Of a stretch of DNA of 64,000 bases, positions 1 through 12,469 are shown piece by piece. The DNA lies in NCBI RefSeq assembly GCF_001194135.2, contig NC_069000.1, positions 2,362,613 through 2,426,612 of the forward strand, read 5' to 3'. Below the pieces are notes generated by a model, which worked only from the letters and a program-made list of their open reading frames with translations, did not search any database and was not told the origin of the DNA. A program made the position numbers and the translations under genes. The stretch's first letter is position 1. Every line of letters begins with the position of its first letter. This DNA is from Octopus bimaculoides. Its lineage: Eukaryota.

Positions 1-747
1 TATATATTATTGCCCACATATTTTGTCGCGACACTATAGGTGAGCACTACCATGTTATTTTCGTTTTAGCTTGCTTTCATCGTGTTTCAAATCGGCGCTC
101 TCACACTACCTAAGCGTATTATCGGTTCCTTTGTGTCTGCATCAGTTTAGATTTGATGTATTGGCGCTTGCTAGTATTGTTATTAGTATTATCATTCAAA
201 AGCTGGTATGTAAAGGATAAACAAACCTAATACGGTACCAGCGCTATAATTGCAAGCCATAATAATCATTCAGCGTTAAATTATACTGTTGATTTGTTCC
301 TCTGATAAAACTTACTCAGCTAAACTCGCAGCTGCCAACGCAAATTGTTTCTATGCAGCATGTTTTAACTACTCTGGCCGAAATATGTTCGTTTTTCATT
401 TTCTTCAACCAAAAACAGCATTTCCAGCTTCCACTGGCTAAGAACTTGTTACAAATACCAGAAGATAATAGGCCAAAAATACCCGTTCCACACATGTACG
501 TGTGTGCGTGTATGTGTATGTGTGTGCGTATGTGCCTGCGTATGCGTCTATCTCTCTCTCTGTATATATATTCCTCCAATTTTTGCATAAAATGTCTCTT
601 CTGAAATTATTTGAAAATGATCAAATGACGAACCTAATCCATACCTAATTTAAACATGCATGGTGTTTGATTAGACAAGGTTAAATGATTTTTCCGATAG
701 TTAATAAACAAGTAACAGACCAAAAACAGTAGGAATGTATACAAATA

Positions 748-750
<3 letters not shown>

Positions 751-792
<42 letters not shown>
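751..792. repeat. (GT)n microsatellite
   Basis: Pure GT run seen directly. Confidence 0.97.
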
Positions 793-795
<3 letters not shown>

Positions 796-2150
796 CGTGC
801 GTATGTGTTTGTGTAACTACAGTATATTGTATTCATTTATTAACATATAGCGTTCATTTGATGACGCACAACAGTTTCGCCTAGAGATCATAATTATTAC
901 CGGATACTTCTATCTATGCCTTTTCCTAAAATTGAAAGTAGCGATGTGATTATGCGATGTCTACATTACTTTAAACATAAACTGTTGCATAATATTATTT
1001 TCCTCCTTCATTTTAGAGATCACCGGCATAAAACAGGACCTGTTCACATCAGTTCAACAATGCAGAGACTACTTACTTTTAGTTCTTGCTTGGGATTTCT
1101 CTTTCTACTTCAATCTTAGAGTTAATTGACTTCCAAATTAAAATACCGACCTCACCTTGACAGCTATATTACATTGTCAGATTGTATACGTCCTGTTCTT
1201 TCATATATTATACGAAGTGACCTTAAGCTTTTGTGCAGTATGTATTTTGTTATCATCTCTCTCCTTCAATGTATATTGATCAATGTGCTCCAACATGGTG
1301 CGGTACATTAACAATACATTATGAAGACAATATTTCAGTTTCATTCCTACAGTTTATAAATAATTCACTACGTTAATTGTTCTGTGAACGATATTGATAT
1401 CATATAGTGAAAGGTAGTGGTTTATCTTTCCTGCACCGGAAAATTACTAAATCCATAACCGGTGAAAATGCGCACGTTGTTCATATTTAAAAACTGGCGA
1501 GTGCTGTCACAGACTTAATGTGTTATAGTTCCGCTAAATTGATTTCAGTTAAATTACACAACATAAAGATATAATTTTCGGCAGGGTTTCGGACTATACT
1601 GATAAAGTTAACTCAAACATCCTTACTAGCATTAAAGTGATTTGTTTTACGCCACAATATTTCTAATTCATTGTTCTTCGTCTACGACACCAAGGCAAGT
1701 TTTTTTAGAGAGGAAGACAATTAATTATTGAAGAATATTTCCATCAGTTTTGGTTCCAACTTTTGGTACAAGGCCAGTAATATTAAGGGAAGGGGAAAGT
1801 CGATTACATCGACTCTGGTGTTCGGCTGGTGTGAATACATCCAAAGTAGTCCTTGCTTCTTTCCTCGGTGTATTTTTCACAGTTTATGGTTCCTACACAT
1901 TCGAACAGCTCAGAAAGACAGTTTTTCAACTTTTCTTTCATTCTTTAACCGTACGTTAGTCACCTGACCTTGCCGAACATGGTTACTCACGTGGGGTACT
2001 TACACACCCCAATGCAAACTTGTTTATAGTTTAAGTATTATGTAAAATATCCTCATTCTTTTGGTTCGGGATATATCTACAATCACTGCTGAGGGGTTTG
2101 AAACCCTTGTAGATGATGGATACAAATATAAAATAATACAATAAGATAAA

Positions 2151-2400
2151 TTATAAGATTAAAGAAAAACCAAACAATCTTAGACACAGTTCATATTTAT
2201 TTTGAAAACACCATCTTGTGGAATTTTTTAATATCTCCACAAGTTTCAGGCCTTGTAAATATAGTAGAAGAGGATTATTGCAGTACTTTAGTACAGGACA
2301 TTGTGCAACTACTGTGGATTTTTCGTACTTGTACAATGTATCACAAGCTTGCTGGTGCACTATACCAACGTACACTATAACAATAGTCTACATCCTATAA
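2151..2400 (-). mobile_element. Possible highly decayed Penelope-like GIY-YIG relic
   Basis: Minus-strand YVG...KSTVVAQ...VEILK loosely resembles the YIG...KSAVAEH...EAIEI pattern of PLE endonucleases. A hammerhead-like hairpin lies at 2075-2114. The similarity is weak and judged by eye. Confidence 0.25.
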
Positions 2401-2941
2401 CCATGGGACGTGTCCACCATCTTTTTCAACAAAATATGCAATAATAAATAAACAGATGAAACAAATGAAATAGACAAGAAATGTATGAAATGTAAACTAA
2501 TTATTGTGATGAATCAATAGTTTAGAAGCGATTATCTATAGACTTATTTCTCATAATTGACTTTAGAGTTAACATTAGAACAACAATTTTAAAGACTTTA
2601 CTTTTATTAGCATTTTTATATAGATTGTTATTTTCTCAACGTAACTTCATCTTTTCTCTCGATTTTAATCTGGGCCTCTTAAGGTTTGTAATTTATTAAG
2701 TACATGTAATCATCTGCAAATATGAGTGGAACGTTAGTCGAAGTGTATCGGGAAATCATTTGTTTTGGATTCTGTTTAGAATTAAATTTAACATGAATTT
2801 TTCGCTTACGTGCTTTCATAAAATATGAGATATTTCTGTAAAAAAATCGATAATTCCTCCCAGTAGATATTAACTGGTTGCATGGTGTCAGATTTGCAGT
2901 AGAATAATGTCATCTAAATATATTACTCCTTCGAGGTTTAC

Positions 2942-3025
2942 TTTGAATTCAGTTAGATACAAAATTACGGTGGGTCGCTTTTGCGTATGTTGCGCTGCAA
3001 TATTTATTATGGGAGCCATAAGAGC
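2942..3025 (-). CDS. Candidate 84-nt exon (ALMAPIINIAAQHTQKRPTVILYLTEFK), unidentified
   Basis: Acceptor tctattttacgcag|, donor |gtaaac, open in phase 0. No homology recognised. Confidence 0.2.
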
Positions 3026-4920
3026 CTGCGTAAAATAGATAATGTATTAGAAGCATAGCTTCAAGGATATAGTTTATCATAATAAATCCACATCTTTGCA
3101 GTGATATGTAAATTATGAAATTGTTCACATTGAATTTATTTCGATAATGAAGATAATTACAGATCTTTGCCATTAAGTGTCTCATAAATAATTTAATTTG
3201 GTTCAAAATAGTTAATGAAATGCAAGATTCGGTATAAAAATGCATAGAATTGTTTCTAATTAATAAATATATTAGAAAACATTTACCTGTCTCTAGGAGT
3301 TCCTGAATGCATAATATGTCCATACATCATCCTGTAATTCACCTGCATGGGAAATTTTACCTGAGGCCATTATCCATTTCGTGTCTTTCAACAATTTGAC
3401 CCCATCACCCAAGTGACCCCATCACCCTGGTATCACTTGCTCATCCAGGGCTCGCTCATCAAAGGAGAAGAGCTAACAGTAACACTGAAGCAAATTCCGT
3501 TGCCTCCACTGGTGCCCACTCGACGAGATGTGTTTTATTATAGGTTGACTATCTCAAGTCTCATATGGGAGGAAACAAAAAATGTACAAAGCAAAGTGTT
3601 CCTACATCATTGTTCTACATGTGAGCTATTTAATGGCCAACTCTCCTTTAATCATATCGCTCCATGTTTAAGAAAGATGACATATAGACAAGCTACTCCC
3701 GACCAGAAAATACTTGTTCCGAAATATTAATACACAATGCTCACGGCGAGGGAATCTTTGATCATATGTTCGCCGTATCATTGTTGATCTATAGGCATAA
3801 AAGAGCCAATGGCCATTACCGTAGAATGTTTAAATAATTTGGCAGGGGAATGACATCAAATTATGTTCCAAATGACTAGAATTGAACTATGTGTTGCTTA
3901 AATGAAATGCATACCAATTCATTTCTGTGGGACGAATACATTCCATTTTAGTTATTGATAGTTAAAATTATGATACACTCTGAATGAAAGTTACAAATAT
4001 GGTAATGAATATCAATGTATTTTGATTAGATATACATCCAGTCTTAATTAGGCTGAAGATACGGTCGATTGAATGAAAATGTCATAGCAATATAATTTAT
4101 TGATCTTTCAGGAATATTTACAGTTAGACAAGGGCGACACAGAAATGTACTTTGTCGTTTTTTTGGCAATCGTTATGATGATAATTAATATCGGTATATT
4201 TGAATTTTTGGCAAAAGACCAACATATAGATTAGGAATTTGATTGAATTAAATATATTCAATATATTAATGAAGAGATGGACTTAATGAGACAAATCGAA
4301 TTTACGTAAGAATTTAATTCGACGCATGGCATTTTCCATAAAACTGATACATTCCAACTCCGATCTACACTATTTTCCTTCATTGGAATTTATAGAATCC
4401 TTTTACAAGAGATTTTTATTTAGTTGTTTAATAGCTTATTCAGACAAGGAACGGAATGCCTAAGTTTTCTTGAAAGACGCCAGTTTATTTCATTTAAACA
4501 GAGAAACTTGCAATGGTTAATTGTTATATAACTATTATGACGATATCAATTTAAAGCCAAGCTGGATAATTAGATCGTACACCTCAAACAAAATAGACTA
4601 CAGGGAAAGATATCAGGTAACAGTCATGGTATTATCGTCACCGCGATAGTAAACCAAAAATATGTTATGCAAGCGTTTATAGCATAACTGGAAAAATTAA
4701 TACATAGCATTTGGTTTCAAAATTTGTTTTCCTCACTAAATTCCTTAATTGTAATCGATATCTCACCGTCACTTATTTTAGAGTTTCATTAATCGAGACG
4801 TTCATACGCGAAATAAAAATTCAAGAGTATGGACAGGTGAAATTAAAATTCTTGCAGCCGGTCAAGCTATCAACTCCAAAACAAACGTTTAGTTAGAAGT
4901 AAGGTTTTGATCTTTTTTAC

Positions 4921-4981
4921 GGAGACAGGTGGCGTTGCATGGTGCATCACGATGGCCGGTATATTAAATGTTAGGCTGCAT
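4921..4981 (-). CDS. Candidate 61-nt exon (CSLTFNIPAIVMHHATPPVS), unidentified
   Basis: GC-richer island with acceptor ttattactgaatttacaacag| and donor |gtaaaa. One open frame, ending in phase 0. Confidence 0.22.
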
Positions 4982-5059
4982 CTGTTGTAAATTCAGTAAT
5001 AAAACAAATAAGATACCAAACTGTTGCAAAAGTTTTGACTCACTGCTATACACACACAA

Positions 5060-5061
<2 letters not shown>

Positions 5062-5147
<86 letters not shown>

Positions 5148-5194
5148 ATGTATATATGTATATGTATATATATATATGTATGTATATATATATA
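5062..5194. repeat. Compound (CA)n/(TA)n/(TATG)n microsatellite
   Basis: Seen directly. Confidence 0.95.
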
Positions 5195-6212
5195 AAACAT
5201 GTACAACATATCTCATGCGACATAACGTGAAAAATATAAAGACTTAATTCAGTTACGATCTTTTTATTTGTTTTGAGAGTTTGAATATCATTCGTGTTAT
5301 ATATAATGTTATTGCACACACATACAACATCCTATTCCATTGTTTTAAATTGTTATGTTGATATCTTGAATGGCATAATTTTTAGAACGTGATTTTTAAT
5401 ATAAATTTCTATAAAATTTCGTCACATTCATCTGTATTACGTTAGAAAATTAATTTTGTTTCTGCAAGTTATTAAATGCCTGAATAAAATAAAAACAATA
5501 AAAACATATAATCGCATGGCAATTTTTTAATCATTAAAAGAATGTGAATTTTGTTTAAAAGTCTAGTTTGCTTAGCGCATTGTAAAGATCAAACAATAAA
5601 TATTTGAGACCTTTTCTTTTAAGTAGAACAATGCAACACACTACAGACAGACAACACGTTTAAAACAAGTTTCAATAAATAGGGGAAATAATAAAAAAAA
5701 CGAATCAAATGTGTTAATGAAAACATAGGAGATACAATAATGTTATTGAATAATGTGATTGAGTAACAAAGATCACACATAACAAGAAGTAGATTTAAAT
5801 ATATTTGGAGATGAAAACCGAAAATATTTAATTAAGTTTCTCACTTCTACTTTTATAACTCTCGTTTCTAATATTTGCTGTGTTGTACGTAAAACAGTTT
5901 CTATCCAATAAAAGTGCTATTCAGATTTAATTTCCTGTCGACATGTATGTCATGGAAACAGTTGCAAGAAGATTTGTGATGAATTAAATGAGGATTTTCA
6001 ACATAGAATCACATGGTTCTATAATAATGCGAAACAAACAGAGTAACAAAGATTGATTTTTTCGTTTGAATATACATAAGTACAGATTAGAAATGCCATC
6101 TTGTTTTTGTTTCGTTTTTTGCTACTCTACATTTCTTTTAGTGAAATGTAAATAATCATAAATTCTTAGGTCAATATTGACATATACACATATATATATA
6201 TATATATTGAAC

Positions 6213-6252
<40 letters not shown>
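6213..6252. repeat. (AAT)n microsatellite
   Basis: Seen directly. Confidence 0.95.
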
Positions 6253-6254
<2 letters not shown>

Positions 6255-6449
6255 TAACAATTCCCATCATAGTAGGCGCCTTAGGTATAATAAAAAATAT
6301 TCAAACAAATACATAACAAAAACACCAGGACTTACAAATATATATAACATACAGAAAATTACACTACTGGGCACTGCACACATCCTACGCAAAACACTTT
6401 CAATACAGTAACCATAAGAGCATCACATTCTTCGCCTTTCATTCTTTCG

Positions 6450-6550
6450 ACACCGAAAGAATGAAAGGCGAAGTCGAATTTGAACTCAGAACGGAAAGAC
6501 TGGTTAAGCATATTTGCTCGACGTGCTAACGAATCTATTAGCTTGCAGTC
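6450..6550 (-). mobile_element. tRNA-derived SINE fragment (family B)
   Basis: cgaaagaatgaaaggcgaagtc..gaatttgaactcagaac matches the copy at 43370-43580. The B-box reads gttctgagttcaaattc on the minus strand. Confidence 0.75.
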
Positions 6551-7124
6551 TTGCAACTTGGCTAAAATATTAAGTGCCGTATATTTATATAAACACACAC
6601 ACACACATTCATAGACACCGACACACATAAAAACACCTTGTATTTCAAGCATTGCTTAAAGGAGATATCACTGTTATTTCCAGAAGATCAAAACTCTAAT
6701 TTAATACACCTACATCGATTCTTTAGTAATCGAATAATGTAAATACCGAAAACAATTAGATATGCAAAGCTGAAGTATTTTGTCCGAAGCCCTATTAGAA
6801 TTACATCATAGGAAACAATTACTTTAATTCCAAATCAATGTATTTGAAACGAAGTAAACGAAACAATACTATTAGGTGCGAAAAAAGCCATATAGTTATA
6901 TCTAAAATTACACAAACACATTTCATTTCAAGTATATACTTGACAGAGATGTCACTGGTGTTTCTAGCAGAATAAACGTCTAATTTTATACAGCTGCATT
7001 GATTCTTTATTAATCGAATTATTTATATAGCGAAGAAACTAAAATATGCGAATTTGAGGTATTGAGCCAGCAACTCTACTATCGTTACACAACGAAAGGC
7101 AACAGCTTTCGTTTCCCATGGATG

Positions 7125-7637
7125 TAAGACGTCTGATCAGAAGTATCGGGAGTGGCGCTATAAAACGGAAAAGCAAAGCATATCCAGTCAGCATTTAATC
7201 CCCTGCGGAGAATTCTCCTTCATTAGGGTATCGTTTCCATTCATGGAAGCATTCCTGTAACACCTTTTTGGGTATAGTGAGCATCCATCTCGTCGCATTC
7301 TTTTGGATTCCTTTTAGGCCTTGGTTTCAGAATTATACCCATAGGCCCACGATTCTTTACCTGTCATGATCGTTTTCAAAACGTTTTCGTGTGTTCCTCG
7401 GGACAATCGAGGATATCCTGCATGACTACAACGCGATCTACAGTTTGAGACGACCACACTAGACACACTTTAATTCTAAGCGCTGCTATGAACAAGCGTA
7501 AGTGAACGAGAACGTTATAACTTAGTGTGCATCCGCGATAGAGGTGAAGACCAATCTTTGCCAAGGGACTGTACTCTGCGTACTACAGCTTTGTTGCCAT
7601 AATAATAGTCTTGATACCTTTTTGATCAGACTTCGTA
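7125..7637 (-). mobile_element. Non-autonomous mariner (Tc1/mariner) deletion derivative
   Basis: Degenerate TIRs (TAagacgtctgatcagaagtatc versus the reverse complement TAcgaagtctgatcaaaaaggtatc) end in TA. The minus strand encodes KTIMTGKESWAYGYNSETKA (mariner ITGDESWxYxYDPETK) and ECFHEWKR..GEFSAGD* (mariner C-terminus). Confidence 0.85.
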
Positions 7638-7734
7638 TTTTGCATAAGGTAACAGGAAACTTATATATTTACCTTGGCTCACAAGTTTGTTGCTAATAGA
7701 AGCCATATAGTCAGAACACACACTCGCACAGACA

Positions 7735-7825
7735 GAGATAGAGACACACACACTCACAAACACACACGCGTACACACACACACACATACACACACACGCA
7801 CACACACACACACACATACACACAT
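7735..7825. repeat. Imperfect (CA)n microsatellite
   Basis: Seen directly. Confidence 0.9.
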
Positions 7826-8410
7826 GTACAATGCATTCCAAGTGCTTGTTTCATGAGAAAATAATTCAAGCACTCACAATTGCTGTACTGAAGTATATTT
7901 TGTATATATGATTTCTCTCAGACATTCTTACATAATCCATGTTTAAAAAGGTGTTTTGCTTCATAAAACTCCAATGTCGGAAAAAAACAGACAAAACAAA
8001 AATTATGGTAGAGTTTGGAAATGACAAACTAATATGTTTTTACACATTGGAATATTGCAAAACATAACTGAAAGGCTTGTATAATATTTATGTATATGCA
8101 ATAATCCTTCAGCAATCTTCGTCAGAATCATTGCGATGTCGAATGTAAGTATATGAAGAATTTGCTGCACTAGTAGAAAGCATTTTTTAATAACGTAATG
8201 CTGTTTTTGCTTCTTTTCTCGGAACTCTAATAATATTGGATGTGATAATCGTGTAATACGTTTAGCTGGGGTGATTTATTGATATCATCAAGAGTATAGC
8301 GGGAAGGAATACATAGAATTGGAAGCAAGAGCATGCTGTATTTCAATTGAGCACATGCAAATATGTGGGTTCATGCACAACACACACCTGAGAATTATAT
8401 ATTAGTGTGC

Positions 8411-8418
<8 letters not shown>

Positions 8419-8465
<47 letters not shown>

Positions 8466-8468
8466 TAA
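8419..8468. repeat. (TA)n microsatellite
   Basis: Seen directly. Confidence 0.95.
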
Positions 8469-8477
8469 TTTTATTCT

Positions 8478-8600
8478 TTTTTTATTTGCTTCAGTCATGA
8501 CTGCGGCCATGCTGGAGCACCGCCTTAAAGGGTTTTCGACGAGTAAGCTGAGTACTATCGATGTCCTTAGCGGAACTGCCAAATTACGGGAACATAAACA
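8478..8600 (-). mobile_element. SINE family A, 3' portion
   Basis: ttcagtca..gactgcggccatgctggagcaccgcc is the reverse complement of the 3' end of the full copy at 20057-20479. Confidence 0.8.
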
Positions 8601-9269
8601 TAAACTCCGCTCTTCTATGAAGATCTCTTTCAGAATTACTGATTACGTTGGCTGAATTGTGTATAATGATTGTGAATTGTCAGGTTTATTAGATCAGCGT
8701 CGAAAATATTATACGGTATTTCGATATGCTTCCCAAAATTTATGTGTTCGAAAACATCCTTCGCAAATTATGCATTTTTTCTTCATTTGGCGACGATAAA
8801 TTAAGTAGAAATACAAATATTGGCTTCAACGTAGTCGACTCAAATCATGTGGATTCGTGCCTGAGAGATCGTGATCTGAAAAGTATTCGTTTTAACGTGG
8901 ATGTTTTTATTGTCTGAAATCCGTTTAACATTATTCTTCTTCTTACGAATCTTAACTCAGTTCTTTTTGAAATAAAAAAAAAACTGATCGAAGTCATGTG
9001 ATTATCAACTGCAGACCTGCTTTGCAGGTAAGCAATTTTTCTTCGAAGTTCAAGAAAACATATATAATCATGTATTTAGTTTCTTTTTGCAAGCATTCTT
9101 TATAAATCTAAATGTAATAAGTTTCTGATTTAAAATAAATTATATTTACCGAAAAAAATGTCACATTCTGGCACTCATCCTTGGAGACATTTTAAGGAAT
9201 ATTAAAATAAGTCAGTTTTATGGCTCCACAATTCCTTCGCTTCAGCCAAATTCACCAAATCTCTCGTTC

Positions 9270-9440
9270 CCTCTTTCTCTCTCTCTCTTTCTCTCTCTCT
9301 CTTTCTCTCTCCATCTCACACACAATACACACAATACACACATACATATATACATACATACATACATACATAAATACATACATACACACATGCATACGTG
9401 TGTACAAACATATTTTTATATACATATATACATATACACA
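9270..9440. repeat. (CT)n followed by (TACA)n microsatellite
   Basis: Seen directly. Confidence 0.9.
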
Positions 9441-9477
9441 CATATAAGGTATATAAAGATAATTATAATTATTCGTA

Positions 9478-9555
9478 TCGATTTGTCCAACCAAAATTCT
9501 TCAGGGTGTTGCCCCATCTTGGCCACAGTGAAATGACTGAAACAAGTAAAAGAAG
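9478..9555 (+). mobile_element. SINE family A, 3' end
   Basis: ...ggccacagtgaaatgactgaaacaagtaaaaga matches the family A tail. Confidence 0.7.
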
Positions 9556-9938
9556 ATTGTGTTCTATAATTCCTACGTAAACCTCTCCCTAATTTAATGA
9601 GTCGTCGAACGATCAGATTATGTTTCTTATTATTGCATTTATAATAGTCTCAATCCTTCCTATTCCGTCTTTTATATCGCACATTGAACATGCTATCCAG
9701 TATATCATTTAGCAGTAGGGTGTGATTTGGGGATTAACGGGTGACAATTCTATGAGATTGACATACATCATAACTGCTCCTGTATTGAAAAGAAAAACAC
9801 CAAGTTAATAAATACTGGAATCTAAATAAAATCTAAGAGAATCGATTTACTAAATATACAAATATCACACAATATATTAAAAGAAAGCTATCTTATTATA
9901 GTTAGCTTAAATCATTCTAACTAAAAAACGGCACGATG

Positions 9939-9983
<45 letters not shown>

Positions 9984-10789
9984 TTAAATAAAATGTTTTA
10001 GGCCAAACAATACTTTATCAAAAACAACAAATTATGTTATATAGCAAACCACTTTAAAGTGTGTGAACGTATATATTGTTTTCTTTGTACAATGTTCAAT
10101 TCACTAAATTTTTCTTCCAGGAAAAAATTCACGTAAACACTTCGAAAATAAATGAAAATAATATATAAAAAAGCAGCATTTAAAATGATTACAAATAAAA
10201 TAGAATAGAAAGCAATGTGTGAAAATATATTTGATTAAATATATTTTTATTAAATATTTTAAATGCATTTTCTGTGAGAAATTACTGACGGCAGAAATAA
10301 GAATTATATTCCAGTTAAAAGGTTTCAATCGAATTCTCAAACTGTTTTTCACATGTATAACAGACTTTTATGCTGGCGATTTCTTGCAGAGTATTGTATT
10401 TATAAATGAATGTTTTTCCCCATTTCTATATTTTTAATACAAATCTTAAAAAATAAGCAAACAAGTCAAAAATAAATAAAAATAAATATAAGAGGCTCGA
10501 TTCATAATTGCAATAATTATATATTCTTTTTTTCTGAGCAAGTTGAAAAATAGCAACCATATACGGTGCATTTTAAAATGATTTTATGTAAAATATCTGC
10601 TCTGAACTTCAATGCAAAAATCAAATCCATAAAGTAGTTAGAAAACCGTTCATTTCTTTTTCGTAGAACATTTGCTATTCTAAAACCTGCAACATTCGTT
10701 ATTGGTTAGGAATCATGTACTGTACATATATAAAAACCGTTAAGTTATATAATACATGGTTTGTGACGTGTTATATATACTTATGTATA

Positions 10790-10965
10790 GGCACAGCCGT
10801 GGCTCTGTTTTAAGAAGTTTCCATGCCAACAACACGGTTTCGGTTCTGCGTCGTACCTTGTAGTTTCCTACTATACACTCCGACTGACCTATGCCTTGTG
10901 AATGGATTTGATAGACGGAAATTGTGAGAACCCCTTCCTATATGCGTGTGCGTGTGTGTATAACT
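10790..10965 (+). mobile_element. Decayed SINE family A, 5' portion
   Basis: gccttgtgaatggatttgatagacggaaa corresponds to the family A core. Confidence 0.65.
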
Positions 10966-11044
10966 CTAGTGGTTCGTCAATGGAAAACGACAGAATAACT
11001 AACAGATCTTAAAATATTAATACTGGGGTTACTTCGTTCAAGTG

Positions 11045-11150
11045 AAACCCTATAGGGCAATGTCTAAGGCTTTGATTGGAAACATTACCCAAGGTGCCAT
11101 GCAGTTGGACTGAACCTGGCACCATTAGGCTAGGAAGCAAATTTCTTAGC
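11045..11150 (-). mobile_element. Decayed SINE family A head
   Basis: cccaaggtgccatgcagttggactgaacc is the reverse complement of the family A head. Confidence 0.65.
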
Positions 11151-11606
11151 TCATTTTACCTATGCTTGTTGCGTATAACTTGCAAATAGACATGCATTTC
11201 TCTTGTGAATAGTCATACAGATAAAATTGGTAATTTAAGAGCGAATGGAGACAAATTTACAACTGGAATTTAATATCGCACAAAATCGATATGAAAAGAA
11301 ATTTCATTTGAATTGTATTAATAGATGCCGTAACTAGTTCAATTATAAAAGAAATATTTTTGTTAATATGCAATAATTCACAACATTCAGTACATCCTAC
11401 AAGTAATTTACAATATTTTCACAGTTAACTACATTACGTATTAAAGAAATCTTTTCTTATGTTATAAGTTTCATACAGATTCTGCTGAACTCCGCTTAAA
11501 GCACATAAAGGCAATTGTTTAGTTTATTAAATTATTTCGTCTTTTAGTGTTCACATTCCCGCTGTTCTTAATGATGTCATCTTTATTTTATTCTCTTTCA
11601 TTACAG

Positions 11607-11629
11607 AGAATATATGCTCTGTTGTAACG
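11607..11629 (+). CDS. Candidate 23-nt microexon (EYMLCCN or NICSVVT), unidentified
   Basis: Strong acceptor ttttattctctttcattacag| and donor |gtatga. Short enough to arise by chance. Confidence 0.15.
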
Positions 11630-11927
11630 GTATGATATTCTTTTTCAATCATAATTGAAGAATTACACTTCACATTGGGCACCACGTTCTTTCTATCAAA
11701 AATAAGAAAAAATGCAAACAGAAATGAGATTCAAAATGTTAAGTACGTGTATATGTTCCACGAAGAGAGTTATCGTCAGCAGAGATTTGTGGTACTGATA
11801 AGAAAGGATATGTATACCCGCGTATGCACGCACATGTACATACAGGTACGTATACATACTTATATACAGAAACGTATAAATACCTGTACACACATATTTG
11901 ATTTGAATTGTATTAATAAATGTCGTA

Positions 11928-12007
<80 letters not shown>
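11928..12007. repeat. (TACA)n/(TA)n microsatellite
   Basis: Seen directly. Confidence 0.95.
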
Positions 12008-12010
<3 letters not shown>

Positions 12011-12244
12011 ACACTCACACACACAAGTCCATATAGAGAGATATGCATATACATATAAAAATATATATAAATATATATATGCATGTGTGTGTGTGTGAGT
12101 CGAAAAGCGAGAGGAAGGGGCACTGCGTACATTTAGTAGGAGATTCATGTATTATTATTATTCAGAACGAGTTTTATCGGCTCCATTGATTTAAAGTTCT
12201 CGAAGTTCTCGAAGTTCTTTCAGGCTTAAGGACTGCTATTGTTC

Positions 12245-12360
12245 AAAGCGGGTCACGTGGTGTCCTGAGAGAAAAGGAATTTGTTGCACCGCGTGGCTAG
12301 ACAGGGAGCACGTGGCGTTTAGTTGTCTGAGAGCCGACAGAAGCAAGGCCGGTGCGTGTG
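12245..12360. promoter_or_regulatory. GC-rich non-repetitive island with paired CACGTG E-boxes (putative promoter or enhancer)
   Basis: CACGTG at 12254-12259 and 12309-12314, CGCGTG (CACGCG on the minus strand) at 12290-12295. Adjacent to a long (GA)n tract. Confidence 0.4.
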
Positions 12361-12377
12361 TGAGTGAGTGAGTGAAT

Positions 12378-12380
<3 letters not shown>

Positions 12381-12468
<88 letters not shown>
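12381..12468. repeat. (GA)n microsatellite
   Basis: Seen directly. Confidence 0.97.

Positions 12469-12469
<1 letters not shown>

Noticed and set aside
1060-1119. Signal-peptide-like MQRLLTFSSCLGFLFLLQS
   Set aside because: It terminates at TAG immediately, with no donor before the stop.
1800-2010. VSNHVRQG on the minus strand, resembling the LINE RT motif GVRQG
   Set aside because: The flanking RT motifs are not recoverable, so a single short match is insufficient. The left part is a family B SINE scrap.
3413-3730. 105-aa ORF in a GC-richer island
   Set aside because: No known motif on either strand and no convincing splice boundaries. Left as unexplained, probably decayed repeat.
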